A stretch of 62,865 nt of DNA, counting the filler, from Bigelowiella natans CCMP2755 (taxonomy: Eukaryota; Protista; Cercozoa), in the NCBI GenBank assembly GCA_000320545.1. It is 6 parts of 6 records of this genome, joined end to end, with 100 filler letters (N's around TTAATTAATTAA, not from the genome) between each part and the next. Parts side by side here need not be neighbours in the genome. Positions count along the whole stretch, not along the records: positions 58,949 to 62,865 come from ADNK01002721.1; 5 more parts are not named here. The stretch is one strand, 5' to 3'. The position numbers and the translations under genes were made by a program. This document shows, piece by piece, positions 62,510 to 62,865 of the stretch. Below the pieces are notes generated by a model. It searched no databases and was not told the DNA's origin. It was given only the letters and a program-made list of their open reading frames with translations. Within the stretch, counting starts at the first letter, position 1; every line of letters begins with the position of its first letter.

Positions 62510-62865
62510 GTGCGTGTGTGCATATATTTCTACCACTACCCCTGCCTCTGCCACTGCTGCAGCATCTCAAAAGCGATGAAGGCCAGCGCCCTCCAACGAC
62601 CTCAATGTCAACTGCATGCCCGCACCGCCACAACCCCCCCCCCCCCTTTAGACGCGCGCGGGTGGGGGGGGGGGGGATGTATTTGTATATATATATATAT
62701 ATATACAAACAGAGAGAAAAAAAGGAATTTGAGTGCTGTGGGTGGGGGGAGGGGGGGAGCGAGATCTTCGCTCTTCCAGTGAAAAAAGAGAAAGGGAGGG
62801 GGGAACCCATTTTGGCCCTGTTTTAAGAAAAATTACCCTTCCACTTGGTTTTAAAAAAAAGAAAA

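Overview
Eukaryotic nuclear DNA from an intron-rich, microsatellite-rich protist. The bipartite-looking presequences and gene content fit a complex-plastid alga such as a chlorarachniophyte, but that is inference only. The window is six contigs joined by artificial N-TTAATTAATTAA-N spacers, so adjacency across the spacers means nothing. Most ORF-track entries are microsatellite artefacts, and the real genes were rebuilt by hand from GT-AG exons. Contig 1: 5' half of an intact-frame Ty1/copia element whose LTR carries a dense heat-shock-element array, a TA-flanked MITE, a selenocysteine glutathione peroxidase with SECIS, a 7TM protein and a ubiquitin-like-domain gene. Contig 2: 3' part of XRN1, an uncharacterised conserved gene and an algal ankyrin-family gene. 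Contig 3: a hypothetical gene. Contig 4: VOC/glyoxalase-like, a small secreted protein, TYSND1/DEG15-like peroxisomal protease, PNPLA-type patatin lipase and a CABLES-like cyclin-box gene. Contig 5: a divergent pair of intronless genes, one a transmembrane-anchored H2A-H2B histone-fold doublet and the other a PDZ-SAM-Sel1 protein, plus the 3' end of a DEAD-box helicase. Contig 6: an EF-hand-like region that can splice in frame into ribulose-phosphate 3-epimerase. The most novel-looking element is the membrane-anchored H2A-H2B doublet.
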